Part shown: one piece after another, positions 1 to 9,819 of the stretch
Layout: each line of letters opens with the position of its first letter
How positions within the stretch are numbered: the stretch's first letter is position 1
Origin: Acidimicrobiaceae bacterium
GTDB lineage: Bacteria > Actinomycetota > Acidimicrobiia > Acidimicrobiales > RAAP-2
Assembly: GCA_003133325.1 (NCBI GenBank)
Contig: PKXA01000063.1
Coordinates: 18,954 to 82,953, forward strand
DNA: 64,000 nucleotides
Reading direction: 5' to 3'
The notes under the pieces: generated by a model
Seen by the model: only the letters and a program-made list of their open reading frames with translations
What the model was told of the DNA's origin: nothing
Database searches by the model: none
Program-made: the position numbers and the translations under genes

Positions 1-7
1 AAGGATA

Positions 8-1198
8 GTGATTGCTGTGCCTACCTTCAGAGAGATGCTGGCCGACGCCAAGGCGGCGGTGCGCGAGATCGACCCAGCCCAGGCCGAACAGGAGATATCC
101 GCCGAAAAGGCGGTGTTGCTCGATGTTCGTGAGCCCGACGAGTACGAGCAGGGTGCACTCCCTGGGGCGGTCCACATCCCGCGTGGAACGCTCGAGACCT
201 CGGTGGAGGGGCGTATCCCCGACAAGGCTTCCCACCTGGTGGTGTACTGCGCCGGCGGGACCCGCTCGGCATTCGCGGCGAAGACGCTCCAGGACCTGGG
301 CTATACCGATGTGGCTTCGGTGGTCGGGGGATTCAATCGTTGGAAGGATGAGGGACGGGAGTGGTCGACACCCCGATCGCTCAGTTCCGAACAGCGGAAC
401 CGCTACCAACGCCATCTGCTCTTGCCCGAGATCGGTGAGGCCGGCCAGCTGAAACTGCTCGATTCGAAGGTGTTGTTGCTCGGCGCCGGGGGCCTGGGGT
501 CACCGGCTGCCCTGTACCTGGCAGCGGCCGGCGTGGGGACCGTCGGCATCATCGACATGGACGAGGTCGATGCCTCGAACCTTCAACGCCAGATCCTCCA
601 CAACACCGACCGGATCGGTGATCGGAAGGTCGACTCGGCCAAGAAGACTCTGACGTTGATGAACCCCGACGTGAACGTGGTCACCTACGACGTTCGTCTC
701 GGGGCTGACAATGTCCTCGACATCATCGACGGGTACGACGTCATCGTGGACGGGACCGACAACTTCCCGACCCGATACCTGGTCAACGATGCGTCCCTGG
801 TGAAGCGAATCCCGGTGGTCCACGGGTCGATCTTCCGGTTCGAGGGTCAGGTCACCGTGTTCAACCCTTACGTGGGCCCGTGTTACCGCTGCATGATCCC
901 CGAGCCGCCTCCGGCCGAACTGGCCCCCAGTTGCTCAGAAGCTGGTGTGCTGGGTGTCCTGTGCGGGATCATCGGTTCGCTTCAAGCCATCGAAGCCGTC
1001 AAGATCCTTCTCGACCTGGGTGAAACCCTTCAGGGAAGGCTGATGGCCTATGACGCCCTCGAGCAGAGCTTTCGGACCTTCAAGGTTCATCGTGATCCCA
1101 TCTGCCCGACCTGTGGTCCCGATGCCGGTGAGATAGTGATCGCCGAATACGACGAACTTTGTATGCCTCACGTGGTGGCGCCACCCGCCGGATCGTAG
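8..1198 (+). CDS. Rhodanese + ThiF/MoeB-type adenylyltransferase (MoeZ/MoeBR-like sulfur-carrier activating enzyme). The N-terminus may lie upstream of the window.
   Basis: N-terminal rhodanese domain with active-site loop YCAGGTRS. It is followed by a ThiF/MoeB Rossmann region (LLLGAGGLGSPAALYLAAAGVG, DASNLQRQ) and two CxxC pairs (CYRC, CPTC). The frame stays open back to position 2; the first start is GTG at 8. Confidence 0.85.
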   Translation: MIAVPTFREMLADAKAAVREIDPAQAEQEISAEKAVLLDVREPDEYEQGALPGAVHIPRGTLETSVEGRIPDKASHLVVYCAGGTRSAFAAKTLQDLGYTDVASVVGGFNRWKDEGREWSTPRSLSSEQRNRYQRHLLLPEIGEAGQLKLLDSKVLLLGAGGLGSPAALYLAAAGVGTVGIIDMDEVDASNLQRQILHNTDRIGDRKVDSAKKTLTLMNPDVNVVTYDVRLGADNVLDIIDGYDVIVDGTDNFPTRYLVNDASLVKRIPVVHGSIFRFEGQVTVFNPYVGPCYRCMIPEPPPAELAPSCSEAGVLGVLCGIIGSLQAIEAVKILLDLGETLQGRLMAYDALEQSFRTFKVHRDPICPTCGPDAGEIVIAEYDELCMPHVVAPPAGS

Positions 1199-1301
1199 AC
1201 GTATCCACGTGCGGCTCGGGTGACGGCTGCTCGGGTTCAGGGTCGGGTTCGCTCAGCCCGATTCACGTCGAGGTACCAGGTGGCTCGGCGGACCCGATGA
1301 A

Positions 1302-1520
1302 TCAGAGTTTGTTACGAACTGACGAGGCCGACTCGGTGCCATGCAGCACCACGTCCCCCATCGCCGTGGTGCTGTTCCCTGTGGGCAGGCCGGCAATGCC
1401 GACGATGGGCGCATTGAGGGCCTGGCCGCCGGTGGAACCGTAGAACCGGGCATTTCCGAAGGTGAACACCCCTCCATCGGATGCCACCATCCAGTAGCCA
1501 CCAGCCGGTGATTCCGCCAT
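1302..1520 (-). pseudogene. Isolated fragment carrying one GYW-x-ASDGG-x-F-x-FG type repeat. Probably a remnant of a multi-repeat, propeller-like protein.
   Basis: The sequence [44 protein letters not shown] is a single copy of a ~40-aa repeat that normally occurs in tandem arrays. No further copies are found in any frame upstream. The ORF could extend to 1634. Confidence 0.35.
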
Positions 1521-1985
1521 TCGGCTTCCACTCCGCCGGCGCTGTACTCGCTCTCGTCGTGCTGACACTCGGGCCGATTGAACATGCCCTTCCGCACGAG
1601 CGCCAACAGGCAGCAGATCCCCGAATTCACCCACATTCTTGCCACGAGTCCCAAAACAGGGTCGAATCTGGCGTTCATCCTACGCGGACGGTTCACGGTA
1701 GACGAGAGGAGAGCACGGGTTGAGCGAAGCGGCTCCCACCGGCGTTGCCGCGGCCAGATGATCTGCTGAAATTCAGGCGACACCGCCGCAACTGCGCGTT
1801 TTTGCCCTCCAGAACGCGCGGGACAAAATGCTTGACTGCTCACAGAACGGGAGCCGGTGCCGCCCTGAGATGTAGGCAGAGGTCGCCGGCGGAACGGGAG
1901 AGGAACGAGAGGGCCACGACCGGAGAGGCTTGCTGCAGACATTGGGCCTGGTCAAGCCGGTGTTCGGGTACATGATCCCCACAGG

Positions 1986-2423
1986 TTGGATGGAGCGGTC
2001 GCTACAACCAGTCGGGCCCGGCGTGGCGCTACCCGAGTGAATTGGACAATCTTTTTCGTGAATCGCAAGGTCAGCGGTCTGTTCCCGTTCTCCTCGCCGA
2101 GGGCATCGTTTCCCTGCTACAAAGAAACACCGCTGTCGAGGGGCTGGATGCCACCAAACCTCATCACCAATTCCTATTAGGCCATGCCTGATAAGGGCTC
2201 GCTGGGCGTAACTGGAACCGAAAGGGATGGTTTTGTCAAGATCACTATGGAGGAGAGCGGTATGGGCATAGACCCGGCGCCTGCTGAACGTCTCTTGGAC
2301 CCCTTCTTCACAACCAAGCCCGACGGGACCGTCCTCGGATTGGCCGTTGTCAAGCGTTTCGCTGAAGTGCATCACGGCACCGTCCGCATCGAGGACGGAC
2401 CTACAGCCGAGGTGGCACCATGA
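1986..2423 (+). pseudogene. Histidine-kinase C-terminal (HATPase_c) remnant interrupted by an in-frame TAG.
   Basis: An N-box-like NLITNSY is followed by TAG (2178-2180) and then, in the same frame, AMPDKGSLGV. The G1 box is degenerate (EESGMGI). FFTTK is present. The G2 box is degenerate (GTVLGLAV instead of GxGLGL). No H-box or DHp region is found in any frame upstream. Many codons end in A/T. Confidence 0.55.
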
Positions 2424-2794
2424 CCGGTGCTGTCGAAGTCCTCGTACTCGTGGCAGACGACAACGAGGGAATACGCGACACCACCGCCGCCATCCTGAGG
2501 TCCGTCGGATACACCGTCACCGAGGCGCAAGACGGGGAAGCCGCCCTGGAAGAACTCGCCAAGAAGCTATTCGATGTCGTTGTGCTCGACGTGCGGATGC
2601 CCAGACGAGATGGCATCTCTGTTGTCGAAACCCTGAGTCCTGAACCTCCCCCTCCAGTCATCATGATGGCTTCGGCCTATGACTTCGACGTCGACCTTCG
2701 ACAGCATCTCGGCACCAGGGTCTTCAAGTATCTGAAGAAGCCTATTCCTCCGAAAGAGCTGATCGAGGCGGTCGGCGAAGCCGCTCAGCGCTGA
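2420..2794 (+). CDS. Single-domain response regulator (CheY-like receiver, no output domain).
   Basis: Receiver motifs are intact: ADDNEG, the phospho-acceptor context VVVLDVRMP, MMAS, and KKP. An ATGA overlap links it to the kinase remnant. Confidence 0.85.
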   Translation: MTGAVEVLVLVADDNEGIRDTTAAILRSVGYTVTEAQDGEAALEELAKKLFDVVVLDVRMPRRDGISVVETLSPEPPPPVIMMASAYDFDVDLRQHLGTRVFKYLKKPIPPKELIEAVGEAAQR

Positions 2795-2947
2795 GAGCTG
2801 GGAGCCTGACGGCCAGAGTGTCTCGGGTTGGAGCCCGGATCCCGGCTGCGTTGGATCGTCCGGGGTGGCCGGCGCATGCGAAGCGACCTGCCTTCCCCAA
2901 CGAAGCCCCGGTGAACCCCGGGCTCGGGAAACCGTAACCTGTCACAT

Positions 2948-4582
2948 ATGGCACCGAAGACCACGCCCCCTCCCGCGCCTCCCGCGCGTCCCACGCCGAC
3001 CAACCCCGCTGAGCGACGCACCGACTCGGGAATCGAGATCCGGCCGGTCTACGGCCCGGCCGATCTGGACGGCTGGGATCCGATCCAACAGCTGGGCGAG
3101 CCTGGGAGTTACCCCTACACCCGGGGGATCCGCCCCGACATGTACAGGGGGCGCCTTTGGACCATGAGGCAGTACGCCGGGTTCGGTGATGCCACCGCGA
3201 CCAATGAGAGGTTCAAGTTCCTCCTCGGGGCCGGACAGACCGGGCTTTCGTGTGCGTTCGACCTCCCCACCCAGATGGGGCTCGATTCGGATCATCCTCG
3301 CTCCGAGGGAGAGGTGGGGAAGGTTGGCGTGGCCATCGACTCGTTGGCTGACATGAGGCTGTTGTTGGCCGGCCTCCCGCTCGATGAGGTCACCACGTCG
3401 ATGACCATCAACTCCACCGCCGCCATTCTCTTGCTCTTCTACCAATTGGTGGCCGAAGAGAACGGGGTCGACCCGAAGCTGCTCGGCGGCACCATCCAGA
3501 ACGACATTCTGAAGGAGTACGTGGCCCGGGGCACCTACATCTATCCACCCCGCCCGTCGATGCGTCTGGTCACCGACACGTTCTCCTACTGTGCCGAGCA
3601 TCTGCCCGCGTGGAACACCATCTCCATCTCGGGGTACCACATCCGCGAGGCGGGCTCCACGGCGGTGCAGGAGATTGCCTTTACCATCGCCAACGGAATC
3701 GCTTACGTCGAAGCCGCCCTGGCCGCCGGGTTGGATATCGACGCATTCGCACCCCGCCTCAGCTTCTTTTGGAACGCCCACAACAACCTGTTCGAAGAGG
3801 TGGCCAAGTACCGGGCCGCTCGCCGGATGTGGGCGAAGGTCATGACCGAGCGCTTCGAGGCCAAGGACGAGAAGTCCACGCTGCTCCGCTTCCATACACA
3901 AACGGGTGGCTCCACCCTCACCGCCCAGCAACCCGAGAACAACATCGTCCGGGTCGCCATCCAGGCCATGGCTGCCGCCTTGGGTGGCACCCAGAGCCTG
4001 CACACCAACGGCTTCGACGAAGCCCTTGGACTACCCACTCAGAAGGCGGCCAAGATCGCTTTGCGGACCCAGCAGATCGTGGGTTACGAATCGGGAATCG
4101 CCGACACCGTCGACCCTCTCGCCGGGTCGTGGTTTGTCGAGTCGTTGACCGACGAAGTGGAGAAGGGGGCCTGGGAGTACCTCGAGCGGATCGACGCCAT
4201 GGGTGGGGCGGTGGACGCCATTGAGGCTCAGTACATGCAGGGTGAGATCGAACAGGCCGCCTATGCCTATGCCAAGGCCATCGACGACAACGAGAAGATC
4301 GTCATCGGCGTGAACAAGTACGTCGACGAAACCAACGATCCCGCCGACGTGTTCCCCATCGACGAGGAGTTGCAGCGGTCACAGGTGGCGTCGGTGAAGG
4401 CGGTGAGGGCGGAACGGGACCAGTCCGGAGTCGACGCTGCCCTTCTCGATGTGGAGGCCGCCGCCCGCGGGACACAGAACCTGCTGGTGCCGATGAAGGT
4501 GGCGCTGGTTCGGATGGCCACTCTGGGCGAGGTGTCCGATGTGCTGCGAGGCGTGTTCGGCGAGTACAGGCCGAGTGGCTGA
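2948..4582 (+). CDS. Methylmalonyl-CoA mutase-family catalytic (large) subunit without a fused B12-binding domain.
   Basis: Motifs [22 protein letters not shown] and IQNDILKEY. At 544 aa it ends before any DxHxxG cobalamin-binding module. Confidence 0.9.
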   Translation: MAPKTTPPPAPPARPTPTNPAERRTDSGIEIRPVYGPADLDGWDPIQQLGEPGSYPYTRGIRPDMYRGRLWTMRQYAGFGDATATNERFKFLLGAGQTGLSCAFDLPTQMGLDSDHPRSEGEVGKVGVAIDSLADMRLLLAGLPLDEVTTSMTINSTAAILLLFYQLVAEENGVDPKLLGGTIQNDILKEYVARGTYIYPPRPSMRLVTDTFSYCAEHLPAWNTISISGYHIREAGSTAVQEIAFTIANGIAYVEAALAAGLDIDAFAPRLSFFWNAHNNLFEEVAKYRAARRMWAKVMTERFEAKDEKSTLLRFHTQTGGSTLTAQQPENNIVRVAIQAMAAALGGTQSLHTNGFDEALGLPTQKAAKIALRTQQIVGYESGIADTVDPLAGSWFVESLTDEVEKGAWEYLERIDAMGGAVDAIEAQYMQGEIEQAAYAYAKAIDDNEKIVIGVNKYVDETNDPADVFPIDEELQRSQVASVKAVRAERDQSGVDAALLDVEAAARGTQNLLVPMKVALVRMATLGEVSDVLRGVFGEYRPSG

Positions 4583-4670
4583 GAGCGGGCGGCCGGTATC
4601 CGAGCGTCATGATCGCGCTGAGCCAGGTGATCGAAGGTGGCCGCGTGGAACTGGGAACCGTAGGGATCTG

Positions 4671-4694
4671 GGGCGGGAACATCCGGACCCGCCC
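4671..4694. terminator. GC hairpin between the convergent mutase and helicase genes (candidate bidirectional terminator).
   Basis: GGGCGGG, a 10-nt loop, then CCCGCCC. There is no U-tract. Confidence 0.3.
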
Positions 4695-4711
4695 TCGCGT
4701 ACGCGTCGCCC

Positions 4712-6841
4712 CTATCGGACGGAAGCGAGCGCCAGGGGATAGACCTGGTCGATGCCTCTGAGCCTCAGGTGTCGTGCCACTACGGTCATCGTCCAGCCCG
4801 TGTCGATGAAGTCATCGACCAGCAACACGGCCCGACCGGAGACTTCAGGCAGTCTGCTCTCGACTGCAGAGGACGGACTGTACGCACTCCATACGTTGCG
4901 CAGTCGGTGAGAGCTGTTGGCGCCGCCACTTGCCGACATCCCATGGTGTGCTGCCTCCCCCAGATATGGCAGCCGGCCCACTTCCCCTATTTGGCTGGCC
5001 AAGCTCGTGACGAGCTGCGGACGACGGTTCGATCCGACGCTGACCACGGCAGACGGGCGCTTCGGCCATTCGTCCTTCCACCGGGACAGGACCTTGATCA
5101 CCGCCTGGAACAAGCCATCGTCCACCGGACCGTCAGGAGCGGACTCTGCCAATAGCTTGCGGACCGCTGGTCCGAACCCGATGTCGGTGAGCCTGGTCAG
5201 GGCCCGGCCCGGCTCGGCACCCTCACCGGGATCGATTCGTCCTCTCACGTCGATGCCGATTGCACCCATGTTCGACGGCCACATCCTCTTTGGCTCGATG
5301 ACTACTCCCGGCCTCGCCATGCGCTCCCGAGCCGCTTCCACGGACGACGCGGCCGTCTCCGAGCGGAGGTGGAGGTCACCGCAGTTGTCACACCTGCCGC
5401 ACACGGTGGCCTCCGCATCGTCGAGCTGGACGCGCAGGAATTCCATACGGCACTGGTCGGTGCCCAGGTACTCGCGCATCGCCTCTTGCTCCTTGCGGCG
5501 AACTTCTGCGACTCGATGGTAACGATCGGCGTCGTACTCCCACGCCTCCCCGGTTGATCCCCAGCCACCCCGTACCCGGCGAACCGCGCCATCCACGTCC
5601 AAGACCTTGAGCATCGTCTCCAATCGGGAACGGCTCAGGTCGACGAGGGTCTCCAGGGCATTCGTGCTCATGGGCCCGCCCGATTCGGCGAGAGCAGCAA
5701 TGACCTCCCGCACCTGGTCCTCCGGAGGGAACCCGACGCTGGCGAAGTACCGCCAGATGGCTTCGTCTTCATCGCCGGGGATGAGGACCACGTCTGCCCG
5801 CTCGGTTCCACGGCCTGCTCGACCGACCTGCTGGTAGTACGCCACCGGTGATTGCGGCGCGCCGAGATGGACGACGAACTCCAGGTCAGGCTTGTCGAAC
5901 CCCATGCCGAGCGCAGACGTGGCCACCAGTGCCTTGACCTTGTTGTCGATCAGCAACTGTTCTGCCGCCAGGCGCTCATCTGCACTGGTGCCCCCCGAAT
6001 AGGCGAGCACCTTGTGCCCGGCACTTCGCAGGTACTCAGCGACGTCGTGGCTGGCCGCCACGGTCAGCGTGTAGATGATCCCCGAACCGGCCCAGTCGTT
6101 CAGGTGATCGGCCAACCACGACAGACGGTGGGCGTGGTCTGGCAGCCGCAGCACCGCCAAGTGGAGGCTCTCGCGATCGAGGGACCCTCGCTGGACGAGC
6201 ACGTCGGAAGACTCCCGCCCGAGACCAAGTATCTCAGCCACGTCCTCCACCACTCTCGAATTGGCCGTGGCCGTGGTGGCGAGTACAGGGGTGCCGGCGG
6301 CGAGCTGCGGCAGGAACGTCCTGAGCCGCCGGTAGTCGGGTCGGAAATCGTGCCCCCAGTCCGAGATGCAGTGTGCTTCGTCCACCACGAGCAAGCCGCA
6401 CGATTCGGCCAGTCGCGGAAGCACCTCGTCCCGGAATTCGGGATTGTTGAGTCGCTCGGGGGACAAGAGGAGCACATCGATCTCACCCCGTTCGACGAGC
6501 CCGTAGACCTTGTCCCACTCTTCGGTGTTCGTCGAGTTGATCGTGGCAGCATGGATGCCCGCCCGTTCTGCGGCCGCGACCTGGTTCCGCATGAGGGCCA
6601 AGAGGGGGGAGACGATGACGGTTGGTCCGGCCCCGCGTCGACGGAGGAGCGCCGTGGCGACGAAGTACACCGCCGACTTGCCCCAGCCGGTCCGCTGGAC
6701 GACCAGCGCCCTTCGGTGTCCGATGACGAGGGCATTGATGGCATCCCACTGGTCCTCCCGCAAACGGGCGTGATCCCCCGCCAGTGCGCGAAGGAGCTGC
6801 TCGGCCTCAGGGCGAAGGGTCGGGCCGTCTGCGATGGTCAT
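4712..6841 (-). CDS. RecQ-family DNA helicase with a C-terminal ComF/phosphoribosyltransferase-like domain (RqlH-like architecture).
   Basis: Walker A TGWGKS, the DEAH box in VVDEAHCISDWGHDFRPDY, and a Zn-finger CRMEF...CGRCDNC. No HRDC domain is present. The C-terminus reads RLRNVWSAY...VLLVDDFIDTGWTM, which is the PRTase/ComFC signature. Confidence 0.9.
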   Translation of the reverse strand: MTIADGPTLRPEAEQLLRALAGDHARLREDQWDAINALVIGHRRALVVQRTGWGKSAVYFVATALLRRRGAGPTVIVSPLLALMRNQVAAAERAGIHAATINSTNTEEWDKVYGLVERGEIDVLLLSPERLNNPEFRDEVLPRLAESCGLLVVDEAHCISDWGHDFRPDYRRLRTFLPQLAAGTPVLATTATANSRVVEDVAEILGLGRESSDVLVQRGSLDRESLHLAVLRLPDHAHRLSWLADHLNDWAGSGIIYTLTVAASHDVAEYLRSAGHKVLAYSGGTSADERLAAEQLLIDNKVKALVATSALGMGFDKPDLEFVVHLGAPQSPVAYYQQVGRAGRGTERADVVLIPGDEDEAIWRYFASVGFPPEDQVREVIAALAESGGPMSTNALETLVDLSRSRLETMLKVLDVDGAVRRVRGGWGSTGEAWEYDADRYHRVAEVRRKEQEAMREYLGTDQCRMEFLRVQLDDAEATVCGRCDNCGDLHLRSETAASSVEAARERMARPGVVIEPKRMWPSNMGAIGIDVRGRIDPGEGAEPGRALTRLTDIGFGPAVRKLLAESAPDGPVDDGLFQAVIKVLSRWKDEWPKRPSAVVSVGSNRRPQLVTSLASQIGEVGRLPYLGEAAHHGMSASGGANSSHRLRNVWSAYSPSSAVESRLPEVSGRAVLLVDDFIDTGWTMTVVARHLRLRGIDQVYPLALASVR

Positions 6842-7139
6842 AGGGGAAACCTACGCCGGAGGTGTGCCGGCGCATGGGTCGGGCTCCAGGTTTCACCATC
6901 AGGCCGGGGAGGCGGGGATCCCCACTCGGTCGCCGAGCTGATCGCAACCAGACGCCCTGCATTCACCCTCTGTCGGCTCCTGTCCCCTGTGCAGTCCCCG
7001 AGCACTCTGCTACCCGACCGGACCCGTCACAGCCATCTGCGGCTGAGGGGCCCCGGGCCTGCCCCCGCGGCTGAGCCAGGCTGCCCGTCCAGCGTCGGGG
7101 ACCTCATACGATGAAGCCGTCGAGTCTCGGAGGTAGGTC

Positions 7140-7841
7140 ATGGAGCCAGTGCCGGAAGCGTGGGAGCGGGCTGTAGCGGTGGTGGCCCACCCTGACGACC
7201 TCGAGTACGGGATGGCCAGCGCCATCGCCGGCTTCACCAGCCAGGGTAAGCAGGTCTCCTACGTCCTGGTCACCAGCGGTGAGGCCGGCATCGACGGGTT
7301 GGCTCCCGGCGTGTGCGGTCCGCTTCGCCGGGAGGAGCAGCGACGGAGCGCGGCCGCCGTCGGTGTCGACCATGTGGAGTTCCTCGGCCACCCCGACGGC
7401 TCGGTCGAGTACGGCCTCGGTCTGCGCCGCGACATCGCCGGTGCCCTCCGTCGCCTCCGACCCGAGGTGGTCTTCGGCATGAACTTCGACCTCACCTGGG
7501 GCGAGAGCGGCTCGGTGAACCACTCCGACCACCGAGCCGTCGGCGTGGCCGTTCTCGACGCCTGCCGGGACGCCGCCAACCGCTGGATGTTCACCGAGGA
7601 GGGCGACCCGTGGCAGGGGATCTCCGCCGTCTATATCTCCGGAGGCCAGGCGCCCACCCACTTCGTCGACGTCGGTGGCACCATCGAATGCGGGGTGGCC
7701 TCCCTCGAGGAGCACCGCGCCTACATCGACGGGCTCGGTCAGGAGTTCGACCCCGACCGGTTCCTCCGCGACATGGCCGGCTACGGCGGCATGGTGGCCG
7801 GCTGCGAGTACGCCGTCCTCCTCCAGTCGTTCAGCGTCTGA
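7140..7841 (+). CDS. PIG-L/LmbE-family N-acetylglucosaminyl deacetylase.
   Basis: VAVVAHPDDLEYGMA, VLVTSGEAG, and HSDHRAVG (Zn ligands). Confidence 0.85.
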   Translation: MEPVPEAWERAVAVVAHPDDLEYGMASAIAGFTSQGKQVSYVLVTSGEAGIDGLAPGVCGPLRREEQRRSAAAVGVDHVEFLGHPDGSVEYGLGLRRDIAGALRRLRPEVVFGMNFDLTWGESGSVNHSDHRAVGVAVLDACRDAANRWMFTEEGDPWQGISAVYISGGQAPTHFVDVGGTIECGVASLEEHRAYIDGLGQEFDPDRFLRDMAGYGGMVAGCEYAVLLQSFSV

Positions 7842-8060
7842 GGAGAGGCTCGGCCACCCTCACCGCGCCAACTCGATCGTGCCGCCCACGATGAACCGCC
7901 GCGGGAGCCTCGGGCTGGTGCGCCCCCGATAGCTGGTCAACCAGGCCCCGGGCTCTCGTTGTTTATGAAGTTCATACCTTCCGTTTAGCAGGGACTTAGA
8001 CAGCCGTGGTCCAATGGCAGGGTGACGTTGCCCTTCGAGTTGTGTTGAAGTGGAAGGTAG

Positions 8061-9704
8061 ATGGACATGAGCGAGCATTGGAACCCTCCGACCGGGCCGA
8101 ATGAGCCGACCGAAGGAACTTCGGCGCCCGCGGGCGGCGGTGCCGGCGTGCCTGCCACCCATGACTCCGGGTCGATCTACGGCGGGGCGATCCCCCTTCC
8201 TCCGGCCAACTCGAACCTGGGCGCGCCCTACCCCCCCGAGGGGATGCAAAGCCAGCTGCCTCCCACCGGCGCCACTCCCGCGGTGGGCCCGCCGACGCCG
8301 CCGTTCGGGGTCTGGGCGGCACCTCCCGGGTTCGGGTGGGCACCCGGAACTCCGGCGGCCGCCCCGTTCAGTGACGGATGGCCGGGTGCGGCCGGAGGTT
8401 CCATTCCACCCCATGGGGGATGGCCCGCACCGGGGTTCCCCTCTCCGGTACCCCAGCCGCCCACTTCGAAGAGGCACAACGGACTGGTGGCAGCGGCGGC
8501 AACGGTGGCGATCGTGGTGGCGTTGCTGGCCGGCGCCGGGCTCGGTCATGTGGCGTGGACGCCGCAGAACACGTCGACCAGCCCATCGGGCCCTTCCTCG
8601 GGCACGTTCGGGGGCCCGAGCTCCTCTGGAGGCACCTCGCCGTTCGGATCCGGATCGACAGGAAACTCCTCGACCGGGGCAGGTGCCCCCTCGGACATCT
8701 CCAGCATCGCTTCCAAGGTGGACCCGACCCTCGTGGACATCAACACCAACCTGAGCTACGAGAATGAGGAGGCAGCCGGCACCGGCATGGTGCTCACCTC
8801 GGACGGGGAGATCCTCACCAACAACCATGTGATCGACGGCGCCACCAGCATCAGCGTGACCGACGTCGGCAGTGGCAAGACCTACTCGGCCAACGTGGTC
8901 GGCTATGACCGCACCGGTGACGTGGCCGTCATCAAGCTGGTTAACGCCAGCGGTCTGCGGACTATCTCTACCAGCAGCGATACCCCCGCCGTCGGCCAGG
9001 CGGTAGTCGGCGTCGGGAACGCCGGCGGGACCGGTGGGACCCCGAGCGCAGCCGGGGGCTCGATCACTGCCCTCAGCCAGTCGATCACCGCCAGTGACGG
9101 CAACGGTGGGAATGCCGAGAGCCTCACCGGGCTCATCGAGATCAATGCCGGGATCGAACCCGGCTACTCCGGTGGACCATTGGTCAACACCTCGGGCCAG
9201 GTCCTCGGCATGGATACGGCGGCCTCGACCGGGTCCGGCTACAAGGTCTCGGCTGCCCATGCATATGCCATCCCCATCGGCACCGCCCTCTCCATCGCCA
9301 AGCAGATTAAGGCCGGTGACGGGTCGTCCACCGTCCACATCGGGGCGACAGGATTCCTCGGCATCAGCGTGCAGGACACGAGCAGTGGCGTCGGTGGGAG
9401 CGGTGGTGCAGGCTTCGGCGGCAGGTATCCCGGTGGATTCGGTAGCAGCGGCAGTGGCGGCGGGAGCACCACCTCCGGAGCCGTGGTCGAAGGGACCCTG
9501 TCCGGATCGCCCGGCGCCCACGCCGGCCTGGTGCAGGGTGACGTGATCACCGGCCTCGACGGGAAGCCGATCGCCTCGGCGAACGACCTGACCAACCTCC
9601 TCGGGGCCCATCACCCGGGCGACACCGTCCAGCTCCAGTGGACCGACCAGTCGAGCCAGAGCCATACGGCCGGAGTCACGCTGACCAGCGGGCCGCCCGC
9701 CTGA
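8061..9704 (+). CDS. Membrane-anchored HtrA-like S1C serine protease with a PDZ domain.
   Basis: A Pro/Trp-rich N-terminal region is followed by a TM helix (LVAAAATVAIVVALLAGAGL). The catalytic triad contexts are NNHVI, GDVAVIKL and GYSGGPL. The C-terminal PDZ contains GLVQGDVITGLDGKPI. Confidence 0.9.
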   Translation: MDMSEHWNPPTGPNEPTEGTSAPAGGGAGVPATHDSGSIYGGAIPLPPANSNLGAPYPPEGMQSQLPPTGATPAVGPPTPPFGVWAAPPGFGWAPGTPAAAPFSDGWPGAAGGSIPPHGGWPAPGFPSPVPQPPTSKRHNGLVAAAATVAIVVALLAGAGLGHVAWTPQNTSTSPSGPSSGTFGGPSSSGGTSPFGSGSTGNSSTGAGAPSDISSIASKVDPTLVDINTNLSYENEEAAGTGMVLTSDGEILTNNHVIDGATSISVTDVGSGKTYSANVVGYDRTGDVAVIKLVNASGLRTISTSSDTPAVGQAVVGVGNAGGTGGTPSAAGGSITALSQSITASDGNGGNAESLTGLIEINAGIEPGYSGGPLVNTSGQVLGMDTAASTGSGYKVSAAHAYAIPIGTALSIAKQIKAGDGSSTVHIGATGFLGISVQDTSSGVGGSGGAGFGGRYPGGFGSSGSGGGSTTSGAVVEGTLSGSPGAHAGLVQGDVITGLDGKPIASANDLTNLLGAHHPGDTVQLQWTDQSSQSHTAGVTLTSGPPA

Positions 9705-9819
9705 CCACCCGTAGCACCGACGTCGCCTCAGACAGTCGACGGGCCGGTATGGGCATCGAAGGGTCGGTGCTGGTATTGGTCGTTGTCCTACCAGCGGCTC
9801 CCGGCCGTAAGCTGCGCAC

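Noticed and set aside
2795-2947. Cobalamin riboswitch upstream of the B12-dependent mutase.
   Set aside because: Only a loose GGTGAAC...CCGGG resemblance exists. The region is too short (~150 nt) and lacks a B12 box. B12-dependent enzymes are not typical riboswitch targets.
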